NCBI RefSeq assembly: GCF_000007985.2
Contig: NC_002939.5
Location: 690,001 to 722,000 of the forward strand
DNA from: Geobacter sulfurreducens PCA
GTDB taxonomy: Bacteria > Desulfobacterota > Desulfuromonadia > Geobacterales > Geobacteraceae
Direction of reading: 5' to 3'
Length of the DNA stretch: 32,000 nucleotides
Shown: piece after piece, positions 17,623 to 26,605 of the stretch
Position numbering within the stretch: position 1 is the stretch's first letter
Layout: each line of letters begins with the position of its first letter
Position numbers and translations under genes: made by a program
The notes under the pieces: model-generated
Database searches by the model: none
Seen by the model: only the letters and a program-made list of their open reading frames with translations
Told to the model about the DNA's origin: nothing

Positions 17623-19275
17623 TTACTGGCCGAGGGCTGCCTTGAGGTCGGCTTCCACCGTGGTGATGGGGCCCAGGTTGAAGTTCTCAACCAGGAAGTT
17701 GAGGACGTTCGGGGTGACGAAGGCCGGGAGGCTGGGGCCGATCTTGATGTTCCTGATCCCCAGGTGGAGCAGCGACAGGAGGATGACCACCGCCTTCTGC
17801 TCATACCAGGAAAGGATCATGGACAGGGGCAGATCGTTCACGCCGCAGTTGAAGGCGTTGGCCAGGGCCAGGGCGATCTGGAGGGCCGAGTAGGCATCGT
17901 TGCACTGGCCGATGTCCAGCAGTCGCGGGATGCCGCCGATGTCGCCGAACTCGAGCTTGTTGAAGCGGTACTTGCCGCAGGCGAGGGTCAGGATAACGCA
18001 GTCCTGGGGCACCTTCTCGGCCAGTTCGGTGTAGTAGTTGCGGCCCGGCTTGGCGCCGTCGCAGCCGCCGATGAGGAAGAAGTGCTTGATGGCGCCTGCC
18101 TTCACCCCTTCGATGACCTTGTCGGCGACGCCGAGGACGGCGTTGTGGCCGAAGCCGGTGAGGATTTCCTTCTCCGGCGCGTCTGCCAGCTCGGGGCACT
18201 CAAGAGCCTTGTTGATGACCTCGGAGAAGTCCCAGCCGGAGATGTGCTTCACGCCGGGCCATCCCACCTGTCCCCAGGAGAAGAGACGGTCCTTGTAAGA
18301 GTCGGCCGGCCGTTGGATGCAGTTGGTGTTGAAGATGATGGCGCCGGGGAAGAGGGGGAATTCCTTGGCCTGATCCTGCCACGCGCCGCCGAAATTGCCG
18401 TAGAGATGCGGATACTTCTGCTTCAGGCCCGGATAGCCGTGGGCCGGGAGCATCTCGCCGTGGGTGTAGATGTCGATCCCCTTGCCGGCGGTCTGCTTGA
18501 GGAGTTCTTCAAGCATGCGCAGGTCGTGGCCCGACACGAGAATCCCCTTGTTCCTCCGGGTGCCGGTGGGCACCTTGGTGGGGACCGGGTGGCCGTAGTG
18601 GTCCACGTGCCCTTCGTTCAGCATCCCCATGACCTTGATGTTGAGCTTGCCGCACTCCATGGAGAGCCCCACGAAGTCCATGAGCCCCTTGGCCGGGTCG
18701 GCGGTGGCGGCCATGGCTTTGTGGAAGAAGGCGAAGACCTCTTCGTCCTTCTTGCCGAGGATGTAGGCGTGGTCAGCGTAGGCCGCCATTCCCTTGAGGC
18801 CGTAGATGAGGATCTCGATGGCAGAGCGCACGTCGGCGTCCGTGTGGTGGGTGTTGATGCCGTGCTCGAGTCCCTGCTTCACGAGCCCTTCGAGATCGCT
18901 GGCGATGACCCAGGCGGCGGGACCGGCAGCGATTGCCGGAGCGTGGCCGCCGTTCTTCTCGCGGTAGGCGGTTTCATAGAGGGACTTGGCCTTTTCCTTC
19001 ATGTCGTAGCAGGTGCGGAGCTTGCCCGCGAGGCTGACCGGATCGAAGTCCACGTTGGTGACGGTAGTGAAGAGCCCTTCGATCATGAAGAGGTCGATGG
19101 CCTCGTCCCTGGCTCCCAGTTCGCGGGCCTTGTCGGCGTAAATGGCTAGCCCCTTGAGCCCGTAGAGCATCAGATCCTGCAGCGCGGCGACCTCGGGATT
19201 TTTCCCGCAGACTCCCATGATCTCGCAGCCGACGCCCTTGGCGGCCTGTTCGCACTGGTTACAGAACATTCCCAT
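17623..19275 (-). CDS. hcp: Hybrid-cluster protein / hydroxylamine reductase
   Basis: 550 aa. The N-terminal Cys motif is MFCNQCEQAAKGVGC...GVCGK. There is family-wide similarity along the whole length (HGEMLPAHGYP, NFGGAWQDQ, FLIGGCDG, LACGKYRF). An SD AGGAGG lies 8 nt upstream. Confidence 0.96.
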   Translation of the reverse strand: MGMFCNQCEQAAKGVGCEIMGVCGKNPEVAALQDLMLYGLKGLAIYADKARELGARDEAIDLFMIEGLFTTVTNVDFDPVSLAGKLRTCYDMKEKAKSLYETAYREKNGGHAPAIAAGPAAWVIASDLEGLVKQGLEHGINTHHTDADVRSAIEILIYGLKGMAAYADHAYILGKKDEEVFAFFHKAMAATADPAKGLMDFVGLSMECGKLNIKVMGMLNEGHVDHYGHPVPTKVPTGTRRNKGILVSGHDLRMLEELLKQTAGKGIDIYTHGEMLPAHGYPGLKQKYPHLYGNFGGAWQDQAKEFPLFPGAIIFNTNCIQRPADSYKDRLFSWGQVGWPGVKHISGWDFSEVINKALECPELADAPEKEILTGFGHNAVLGVADKVIEGVKAGAIKHFFLIGGCDGAKPGRNYYTELAEKVPQDCVILTLACGKYRFNKLEFGDIGGIPRLLDIGQCNDAYSALQIALALANAFNCGVNDLPLSMILSWYEQKAVVILLSLLHLGIRNIKIGPSLPAFVTPNVLNFLVENFNLGPITTVEADLKAALGQ

Positions 19276-19368
19276 TGCTGTTTCCTCCTTGGTTTTTTGT
19301 TGTGTTCAACGGATCGGTATTGGGTAACTATAACTGCGATCCGCCGGTTTTCAATGATGCGTGTCTCT

Positions 19369-19411
19369 TTGATACCCCAGCGGCGGGCTGATCTCCTTGA
19401 CGTGGGTCAAG
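19369..19411 (-). promoter_or_regulatory. Class-II CRP/FNR-type activator site plus -10 element for hcp
   Basis: A perfect palindrome CTTGAC-GTGG-GTCAAG lies at 19396-19411 (core TTGAC-N4-GTCAA). A minus-strand TATCAA hexamer lies at 19374-19369. If that hexamer is the -10, the palindrome centre falls at exactly -41.5. Confidence 0.6.
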
Positions 19412-19488
19412 GTTTGCATCTTTGGCCGGTACGCTGCCACGACGTTTTCGGGTTGACAAGGATACCGCGAACTTCATAAAGTTAAGCC

Positions 19489-19830
19489 ATGTGTTCGGGA
19501 ATTATTCGCATCGTCTCTCTCCTAACCCTCGTGGCGGCCCTGCTCGTCTGCTCCGGCATTGCCGAGTGCAGCGTATTCGCCACGGACATGCCGATTGCGG
19601 ATACGTGCTGCCCCGTTCAGCCGCAGGAGCAGGATACGGACCGGGACAATATGCCAGTGCCCTGCTCCGATGCCGCGTGTGCCTGCCCGTCGTGCCTTGT
19701 GGCCGACGAACACGTGCATCACGCCCCTGCAATTCCCCATGCCGAAGGAAGTTGCGGCGCCGTTGCCGTGCGCTCTCTGCCGCCGTCTCCCGTTGCACCA
19801 CCCATAGAGTATCCCCCCGAGTCAGCCTGA
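19489..19830 (+). CDS. Secreted Cys/His/Pro-rich mini-protein (113 aa), no recognised family
   Basis: The N-terminal hydrophobic signal-like segment is IIRIVSLLTLVAALLVCSGIAECSVFA. The mature part has 7 Cys (CC; C-x5-C-x-C-x2-C; a lone C), an HVHH motif and a Pro-rich tail. Third-position GC is high in this frame. The overlapping alternative-frame ORFs look like shadows. Confidence 0.55.
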   Translation: MCSGIIRIVSLLTLVAALLVCSGIAECSVFATDMPIADTCCPVQPQEQDTDRDNMPVPCSDAACACPSCLVADEHVHHAPAIPHAEGSCGAVAVRSLPPSPVAPPIEYPPESA

Positions 19831-19976
19831 TCCTTTTTTCTCCCTGTTAGTGTCGTTATTACTATCGTCGGGCCGCTATCGGTCGTCTCGTCCGTGCATG
19901 TGCGCGGTGCGGGCAGTGGCGGGTCCGGGGCGCCATGGTGCGTCCGACTTTCATGTCCATTCGAGGAGATCAGAAA

Positions 19977-20360
19977 ATGCGCAAAAACATGCTTATGGCT
20001 GTGACGATGCTCGTACTGGCATTGGGTGCCCTTACCCTCACCGGCTGCAACGAGCAGATATTCAACGTAAACGACGTGGCCTCGGACCCCGCCGCCTATA
20101 CGGGCACCATCACCATCGCCGGGGTCATGGGGGGGACGTCGCAGGCGGACCGGACCGTCTTCGGCATCATGGATCTAAAGGAACTGGCCTGTACTACGCC
20201 GGGCTGCAACAAGATCTTCATCCCGATCCGCGCCAATGGGACGGTTCCCGCCCTGGGCGACGAGGTGCGGGTGACCGGCAGCTTCCGGACCGAGCCGGGC
20301 GGTCTCATCTTTGTGGCCGAAAAGATGAAGGTGGTGAAGAACCACAAGATCGGAGGGTAG
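19977..20360 (+). CDS. Small lipoprotein (127 aa), possibly OB-fold-like, uncharacterised
   Basis: I trimmed the start to MRKNMLMAVTMLVLALGALTLTGC, which has an LTGC lipobox and follows a GAGGAG SD. A beta-strand-like alternating pattern is present (GTITIAGVMGG...VFGIMD...GDEVRVTGSF...LIFVAEKMKVV). The stop TAG directly abuts the permease ATG. Confidence 0.7.
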   Translation: MRKNMLMAVTMLVLALGALTLTGCNEQIFNVNDVASDPAAYTGTITIAGVMGGTSQADRTVFGIMDLKELACTTPGCNKIFIPIRANGTVPALGDEVRVTGSFRTEPGGLIFVAEKMKVVKNHKIGG

Positions 20361-21524
20361 ATGAACATCACGAAACTGGTGGTTAAGAACATCACCCGCC
20401 GGCGGGGGAGGTTCGTGTTCACCCTTCTGGGCATCACCATCGGCATCGCCTCCTTTGTGGCATTTCTGGCCCTGGGGGGCGGGCTCAAGGATGAGGTGCG
20501 GCGCGAGGCGGCCGCCCTGGGGGCGAACCTGGTGGTGACCCCCAAAGGGTCGTGCGCCTATGAGCAGGTATCGATTCTCACCGGCGAGCAGCTTCCCTCA
20601 ACCATCACCATGGAGGAGGTGGGCCGGGTCGCGGCCATCCAGGGGCTCACGGCGGTGCCGGTCCTGACCGAGAAGACCGCCATCCGGAACCGTCCCGTGG
20701 GGGTGGCCGGCGTTCTTCCCGACGCCATGAAGCCGTTCAAGGGGTGGGAGGTGCGCAGCGGAGAGTATTTCGCGAATAATGACGAGCGGGTCGTGGTGGT
20801 CGGCGCGGCCGCGGCTGAATCCTTCGGCCTCAAGCCCGGCGACGAGGTTACCATCCGCGGGACGCGGCTGCCGGTGAAGGGGGTGTTGAAGGAGACCGGC
20901 AGCAAGGACGACACCACCCTGTTCCTGGCCCTCTCCGTGGCCCAGGAGCTCTTCAAGGCCGCCGGCAAGGCGTCGTTCGTGGCGGTGAAGGTGGACGACC
21001 TCTCCCGGACCGACGACTACATCATGAAGATCAAGGAAACGGTGAACGCGGGGGTCGTGTCGGACAAGCAGATGCTCAAGTCGGTCCTGGGCATCATCGG
21101 CACGGTGAATGTGACGCTTCAGTTGATCGCCGCGATATCGGTGCTGGCCGCGGCCTTCGGCATCGTCAATACCATGATGACCGCCACCTACGAGCGGCGT
21201 CGTGAGATCGGCATCCTCCAGGCCATCGGGGCGCGACGCAGGGAAATATTCGCCATTTTTCTCATGGAGTCCGGATTCTACGGCCTCCTGGGCGGCATCT
21301 GCGGCGTCGCGGGAGGCCTGGCGGCGTCGATCCTGGTCGGGCCCATGGTAAATCAGAATGCCTTCCTGGCCTTCGTGAAGGGCAATGACCCTGCGGCGGT
21401 CCTGGACCCGAAGCTCATGGTCGGCTCAGTGGCCTTCTCGGTGGCGGTTGCCCTGGTGGCCGGGCTCTATCCCGCGTGGCGCGCCGCGCGGCTCACCCCA
21501 GTGGAGGCGATCAGCCATGAGTGA
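20361..21524 (+). CDS. ABC transporter permease, MacB/DevC/LolC-type (FtsX domain with a large periplasmic domain)
   Basis: 387 aa. The layout is an N-terminal TM helix ([24 protein letters not shown]), a periplasmic domain of about 230 aa, then three C-terminal TM helices with the FtsX-type segment [20 protein letters not shown]. Confidence 0.88.
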   Translation: MNITKLVVKNITRRRGRFVFTLLGITIGIASFVAFLALGGGLKDEVRREAAALGANLVVTPKGSCAYEQVSILTGEQLPSTITMEEVGRVAAIQGLTAVPVLTEKTAIRNRPVGVAGVLPDAMKPFKGWEVRSGEYFANNDERVVVVGAAAAESFGLKPGDEVTIRGTRLPVKGVLKETGSKDDTTLFLALSVAQELFKAAGKASFVAVKVDDLSRTDDYIMKIKETVNAGVVSDKQMLKSVLGIIGTVNVTLQLIAAISVLAAAFGIVNTMMTATYERRREIGILQAIGARRREIFAIFLMESGFYGLLGGICGVAGGLAASILVGPMVNQNAFLAFVKGNDPAAVLDPKLMVGSVAFSVAVALVAGLYPAWRAARLTPVEAISHE

Positions 21525-22194
21525 CGCAATCATCCGGACGGAAAACCTGACCAAAACGTACGGCTCCGGCCAGGTCACCACCCACGCCCTGCGGGGAGTG
21601 AGCCTGGAGATCCCGCGCGGCGCGTTCTGCGCCATCGTGGGGCCTTCGGGGCACGGTAAAAGCACCCTCATGCATCTGGTGGGAGGGCTCGATCGGCCTT
21701 CGGCCGGCCAGGTGGCAGTGGACGGCATCGAGCTGACCGGTCTTGCCAACAGTGACCTGGCGCGGCTGCGGGCCGAGAAGATCGGCTTCGTGTTCCAGTT
21801 TTTCAACCTTTTGGGCAGTCTCACGGCCGAGGAGAATGTGGCTGCTGCCATGATGTTCGCGGGCATCCCGGAAAAACAGCAAAAGGAACGGGCCCGGGAA
21901 TTGCTGGAACTGGTGGGGCTCGGAGAGAAGCTGGGCGCACGGCCCCGCCAGCTTTCCGGGGGCCAGCAGCAGCGCGTGGCCATTGCCCGTGCTCTGGCCA
22001 ACGACCCCGATATCCTCCTGATGGACGAGCCCACGGGCAACCTGGATTCGGCCGCAGAAGCCGAGGTGCTGGCGGCCGTGGCTGAGCTCCACCGTCAGGG
22101 GAAGACGGTGGTGATCGTCACCCACAACCCGGAGATCGCCCGCCAGGCCCAGATGGTGGTGGAGATCAGGGACGGCCGGCTGGCCTCGGCCTGA
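21517..22194 (+). CDS. ABC transporter ATP-binding protein (MacB/LolD-like)
   Basis: I trimmed the start to [16 protein letters not shown]. Walker A is GPSGHGKST, the signature is [15 protein letters not shown] and Walker B is [12 protein letters not shown]. It overlaps the permease stop by 8 nt. Confidence 0.93.
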   Translation: MSDAIIRTENLTKTYGSGQVTTHALRGVSLEIPRGAFCAIVGPSGHGKSTLMHLVGGLDRPSAGQVAVDGIELTGLANSDLARLRAEKIGFVFQFFNLLGSLTAEENVAAAMMFAGIPEKQQKERARELLELVGLGEKLGARPRQLSGGQQQRVAIARALANDPDILLMDEPTGNLDSAAEAEVLAAVAELHRQGKTVVIVTHNPEIARQAQMVVEIRDGRLASA

Positions 22195-22224
22195 TGGAAC
22201 GCGTGCCGCATCTCCGTGCGGACG

Positions 22225-22255
22225 GCCCGCCCCCGAATGGGGGCGGGCTTTTTTT
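22225..22255 (+). terminator. Rho-independent terminator of the ABC operon
   Basis: 10-bp perfect stem GCCCGCCCCC / GGGGGCGGGC with loop GAAT, followed by TTTTTTT. Confidence 0.9.
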
Positions 22256-22349
22256 ATGCCTCAAGGTATGGTAGTTGTGCTGGGGGAGGGTATCAATCGC
22301 GCCTGTCGCGGAGCGGTATCCCTAAGCAGGCAGTAGGGGGAGGGGTGGA

Positions 22350-22940
22350 ATGGGAGAAGAGCAGGAACGCTGGGACCAGCGGTACCTTTCGGAGGAGTGT
22401 CTGCTGGGGGAGCGGCCGTCGCGGCTTCTTGCCGAGTGGATCGATGAGCTGAAGCGGCTCTGTCCCGGCCGGCGTGCCCTGGACATCGCCTGCGGCGAGG
22501 GGCGGAACAGCATCTTCCTGGCCCGGCACGGGTTTGCCGTCACCGGCCTCGATATCTCGCCCGTAGGGCTGGACAAGGCCCGGCGCTGGGCAGCGCGGGA
22601 GAAGCTCTCCGTTGATTTCCGGCTGACGGATCTTGAGGGGTATCGGATCACCGGAACCTACGATCTGATCATCAACTTCAATTTCCTCCTTCGAGACTTG
22701 ATTCCCCACGAGGTGGCGTCCCTTGCGCCGGGCGGAATGCTCATCTTCGATACCATCCTCCAGTCGCCCACGGCGCCGGTGCCTCACAAAAAGGAGTATC
22801 TCCTGCAGCCCGGCGAGCTGGAGCGGCTATTCGCCCCCTTTCCGGGGACCGTTCTCTACAGCGCAGAATTTCCCGACGATGCCACGCCCACGGCAAAGCT
22901 CATCTTCCGGAATACGCCGGACGCGCAGGCTGACAGATAA
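22350..22940 (+). CDS. Class I SAM-dependent methyltransferase (TehB-like size and layout)
   Basis: Motif I is ALDIACGEGRNSIFLARHGFAVTGLDIS. The post-I and motif II regions are YDLIINFNFL and GGMLIF. The product is 196 aa. Confidence 0.8.
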   Translation: MGEEQERWDQRYLSEECLLGERPSRLLAEWIDELKRLCPGRRALDIACGEGRNSIFLARHGFAVTGLDISPVGLDKARRWAAREKLSVDFRLTDLEGYRITGTYDLIINFNFLLRDLIPHEVASLAPGGMLIFDTILQSPTAPVPHKKEYLLQPGELERLFAPFPGTVLYSAEFPDDATPTAKLIFRNTPDAQADR

Positions 22941-23030
22941 CGGGAGGACGGTGCGTTGCGGCTTTGACATGGCAGACCTTTCTGCCACAATTATCAGTAT
23001 GCGGTGACTTCAAAGGGGTGTGAACAGCTC

Positions 23031-26000
23031 ATGAAACGGTGGCACAAGGCGGCAATCGGCGCAGGCGCATGTATCATCCTTCTGGTCGGCTTCATCGGCC
23101 TCATCCTGCCTGGAATCGTGAAAACACGGGCCATGGAGGGAGTAGAGGCGGCCACCGGCCGGAAACTCGTTGTGGGTGATATTTCCATCAACCCGTTCAC
23201 CTGGACGGTGGAGGTGCGCGATGTCAGCTTCACCGAGCCCGACAAGACCACGGTCTTCGCCTCTTTCAGCAGCGCACGGGTCCAGGTGAGCCCCGCCTCC
23301 ATTTTCCGGATGGCTCCCGTGGTCCGCGAGGCCCGGCTTTCGTCCCCCCATGTCCGGCTCGTGCGCGTGGGACCCAATACCTACAACTTTTCCGACCTGC
23401 TCGGGAAAAAGAAGGCCGAGCCCAAGAAAGACGAGGGGTTGCCCCGTTTTTCCCTCAACAATATCACCATCGCCAACGGTTCCCTGGACTTCCTGGACCA
23501 GGGGGAGCGGATCATGCGGCGCCACGAAGTGCGGCGGCTCGATTTGGGCATTCCGTTTCTCAGCACTATCCCCTACTTTGCCGACCGCTACATAACCCCC
23601 CGCTTCAGCGCCCTGGTCAATGATGCCCCGGTGCGGGCCGAGGGGAAGCTGCGCCCCTTTGCCAAGGCGGCCGAGTATGATCTCAATGTGGACCTGCGCG
23701 ACCTGGCCATCAAGCGCTTTGCATCCTATATCCCGGCCGATCTGCCGATTCTGGTGCAGGACGGAACCCTGTCCACCACTCTCGGCATCACCTACCGGGT
23801 TGCCGAGGGAAAAGATCCGGACCTGATGGTTTCCGGCTCGGCGCGGTTGGCCGGGGTCAAGGTCGCCGAGCACGGTGGCGTGCCGCTCTTGGCGCTGGCT
23901 GGGCTGGAAGCCCGCCTGAACCGTGCCCGGGTGCTGGCCGGGGAGTTTCCCCTTTCGCTGGTGACCCTGGAGCGTCCCGAGATCCATCTGGCGCGGGACG
24001 CAGCGGGGATCTGGAACCTGCAGCGCCTGGCCGGGAAAAAAACTGCCGCTCCGGCAGCAGAGGAGAAACCCGCATCGCCGGGCCGCAAGCCGCTCGTGTC
24101 CGTGGCCGAGTTCCGCCTGGCGGACGGTGCGGTGCAGCTGGATGACCGCCTTCCCGCCGGCGGTTTTGCCGCCCGGGTGGAAAAGATCGCCATGACCGTC
24201 AAAGGGTTTTCCACTGCGCCGGGCACGGCTGCCGACTGCATGCTCTCCCTCGCCACCGGCCGGGGTGAAGAGGCGCGGGTGGAGGGGCGCGTGACCCCCG
24301 ATCCACTGGCGCTGACCGGCACCGTCCAGGTGGCCGGCATCGACCTGGGGGCCTACTATCCCTATCTGAGCCCCTATCTGACGGCCCCGGTGACGGGTAA
24401 GCTCGACGCGGGCGCAGATATCGGCTTCAGCACGCCCGACGGGGTTCGGGTGGACAAGGGGCGCATCCGCCTCGCCTCGCTCAGGGTGCCTTTCGAGGGA
24501 AAGGATGAGGCCCGCCTGGCCGAGGTGGCCGGGGAGGATATCGCGTTCGTGCAGAAGGACGCCAATCTGACGGTGGGCGCTGTTCGGCTGCGTGACGGAG
24601 AGATTCGGTTCTCCCGCAACGGGAAGGGAGAGTGGTCTCCCCTCACGCTGGTGCGGCCGCCCGGATCGGCACCGGCGAAACAGCCCGCCCGGTCCAGGGA
24701 AAAGGCAGCCGCTCCGTTCAGCTACCGCATCGGCACGGTAAGTCTATCGGGCCTCACCGCCTCGTTCACTGATGGCACCATCGAGGATCGTCCCACCTTT
24801 ACCCTGCGGAGGATCGCGGCGGGAGCGGAGAATCTCACCGGTCCGAAATTCGGCCAGATACCCTTCCGCTTTGCCGCCCGTTACGGCAAGGAGGGTGAGC
24901 TCAAGGCAACGGGCAGGGTCCGGCCCGAGCCGCTCACCGTCAACGGCAACGTGACCATCAGGCAGCTTCCCCTGACTGATTTCGATTACTATCTGCCAAA
25001 GAATCTGCTCGCCATCCTGGCCGACGGCACCCTTGACACCACCATGGCCGTCAGCCTTGCCCGCAGCGGCGGGAAGCTGACCGGGAGCTTCGCCGGCGGG
25101 CTGGGGGTCCGTTCCTTCTACCTGCTGGACGGTGACGGCGAAGACCTGCTCCGCTGGGAAAGCCTCCAGCTCGACAAGGTCAAGGGGAACATCGACCCCT
25201 TCACCCTCGACATCCGCGAAGTTGCTCTCAACCAGTTTTACTCCAAGATCGTCATCGACCCGGATGGCCGCCTCAACCTCCAGAAGCTCTTCGCCCCCGC
25301 GCCGGAACCGGCGGAGGGGGCGGCAAAACCGGAAGCGGTCGCGGCAGTGGCGCAACCGGCTCCGCCTCCGGAGCTGCCGGCCCGGCAGCGGGCCATCACC
25401 ATCGGTGCGGTCACCATGCAGGCGGGGACCCTCGACTTCAGCGACAGGCACATGCCGAAACCCTATGCCACCACCTTCTACAATCTTGGCGGCCGGGTGA
25501 GCGGCCTCACGTCGGAGGAGAGCAAATTTGCCGACGTGGACCTGCGGGGGAATCTGGAGAACCACTCCCCGATCAGCATCACCGGCAGGATCAACCCCCT
25601 GCGCGACGATCTCTACGCCGACATCAAGGTGCGGTTCACTGATATCGAACTCTCGCCCATGACCCCTTACTCCGGCACCTACCTGGGGTATGCCGTGGAC
25701 AAGGGGAAACTCTTCCTGGACCTCCAGTACACGATCGAGAACAAGCAACTCAATTCAGAGAACAAGGTCTTCATCGACCAGCTTACCTTCGGCAACCGGA
25801 TCGAGAGCGACAAGGCCACGAGCCTGCCGGTGCGTCTGGCCGTGGCACTGCTGAAGGATCGCAAGGGTGAGATCCATCTGGACCTGCCGGTCACCGGCCG
25901 TACGGATGATCCCCAGTTCAGCGTCTGGCGGGTGGTGCTCCAGATCCTGAAAAACCTGCTGGTGAAGGCGGCCACATCTCCCTTTGCACTCCTGCAGTCC

Positions 26001-26594
26001 GCCTTCGGCGGCGGCGCCGACCTGAGCGTCATCTCCTTCGGCTACGGCTCGGCGGAGCTTGCCCCGGCGGAGCAGGACAAACTCCGAAAAATCGCCCAGG
26101 CCCTGGCCGATCGCCCCGCCATCAAGGTGGAGGTGGCCGGCTACGTGGAGCGGGACAAGGACGCCGAGGGATACCGGTCCGAGCTGCTGAGGCGGAAGGT
26201 GCGGGCGGAGAAGTTCCTGGAGATGGTGAAGAAAAAGCAGAACAAGCCGGGCGATTCGGCCGAGACGGTGGTCGTGGCTCCGGAGGAGTACGAGCGGTTG
26301 CTCACGGCAGTCTACAAGAAGGAGAAGTTCCCCAAGCCGCGCACCATCATCGGTACGGTGAAGGAACTCCCCGTTGAGGAGATGACCAAGCTGATCCTGG
26401 CCAATACGGTCGTGGGCGACGCCGAGCTCAAGACCCTGGCCGACGAGCGGTCCGCAGCGGTCCGCACCTTCCTGGTGGAGCAGGGCAAGCTCGATTCGGC
26501 CCGGGTCTTCCAGAAGAGCGGCGATATCTTCAAACGCCCAGATAAGCAGGGCGAACGCGGCGCCCGGGTTGAATTCGGCGCAGCCGTTGACTGA
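23031..26594 (+). CDS. Giant envelope protein, DUF748/AsmA-like, with an OmpA_C-like C-terminal region
   Basis: 1187 aa from ATG 23031; the track starts at GTG 23004. There is a single N-terminal TM helix (AAIGAGACIILLVGFIGLILPGIV). A long beta-rich body is interrupted by Ala/Pro-rich linkers. The C-terminus ISFGYGSAELAPAEQDKLRKIAQALADRPAIKVEVAGY...ERSAAVRTFLVEQGKLDSARVF resembles an OmpA-type fold. The family call is from memory of DUF748 proteins. Confidence 0.75.
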   Translation: MKRWHKAAIGAGACIILLVGFIGLILPGIVKTRAMEGVEAATGRKLVVGDISINPFTWTVEVRDVSFTEPDKTTVFASFSSARVQVSPASIFRMAPVVREARLSSPHVRLVRVGPNTYNFSDLLGKKKAEPKKDEGLPRFSLNNITIANGSLDFLDQGERIMRRHEVRRLDLGIPFLSTIPYFADRYITPRFSALVNDAPVRAEGKLRPFAKAAEYDLNVDLRDLAIKRFASYIPADLPILVQDGTLSTTLGITYRVAEGKDPDLMVSGSARLAGVKVAEHGGVPLLALAGLEARLNRARVLAGEFPLSLVTLERPEIHLARDAAGIWNLQRLAGKKTAAPAAEEKPASPGRKPLVSVAEFRLADGAVQLDDRLPAGGFAARVEKIAMTVKGFSTAPGTAADCMLSLATGRGEEARVEGRVTPDPLALTGTVQVAGIDLGAYYPYLSPYLTAPVTGKLDAGADIGFSTPDGVRVDKGRIRLASLRVPFEGKDEARLAEVAGEDIAFVQKDANLTVGAVRLRDGEIRFSRNGKGEWSPLTLVRPPGSAPAKQPARSREKAAAPFSYRIGTVSLSGLTASFTDGTIEDRPTFTLRRIAAGAENLTGPKFGQIPFRFAARYGKEGELKATGRVRPEPLTVNGNVTIRQLPLTDFDYYLPKNLLAILADGTLDTTMAVSLARSGGKLTGSFAGGLGVRSFYLLDGDGEDLLRWESLQLDKVKGNIDPFTLDIREVALNQFYSKIVIDPDGRLNLQKLFAPAPEPAEGAAKPEAVAAVAQPAPPPELPARQRAITIGAVTMQAGTLDFSDRHMPKPYATTFYNLGGRVSGLTSEESKFADVDLRGNLENHSPISITGRINPLRDDLYADIKVRFTDIELSPMTPYSGTYLGYAVDKGKLFLDLQYTIENKQLNSENKVFIDQLTFGNRIESDKATSLPVRLAVALLKDRKGEIHLDLPVTGRTDDPQFSVWRVVLQILKNLLVKAATSPFALLQSAFGGGADLSVISFGYGSAELAPAEQDKLRKIAQALADRPAIKVEVAGYVERDKDAEGYRSELLRRKVRAEKFLEMVKKKQNKPGDSAETVVVAPEEYERLLTAVYKKEKFPKPRTIIGTVKELPVEEMTKLILANTVVGDAELKTLADERSAAVRTFLVEQGKLDSARVFQKSGDIFKRPDKQGERGARVEFGAAVD

Positions 26595-26605
26595 TGCGAC
26601 AACAG

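Noticed and set aside
17596-19149. 517-aa ORF on the plus strand, fully antisense to hcp
   Set aside because: hcp on the minus strand has unmistakable family motifs along its full length. The antisense ORF is a G/V/A/D/E/L-rich shadow with no motifs or SD, and is explained by stop-codon depletion opposite GC3-rich codons.
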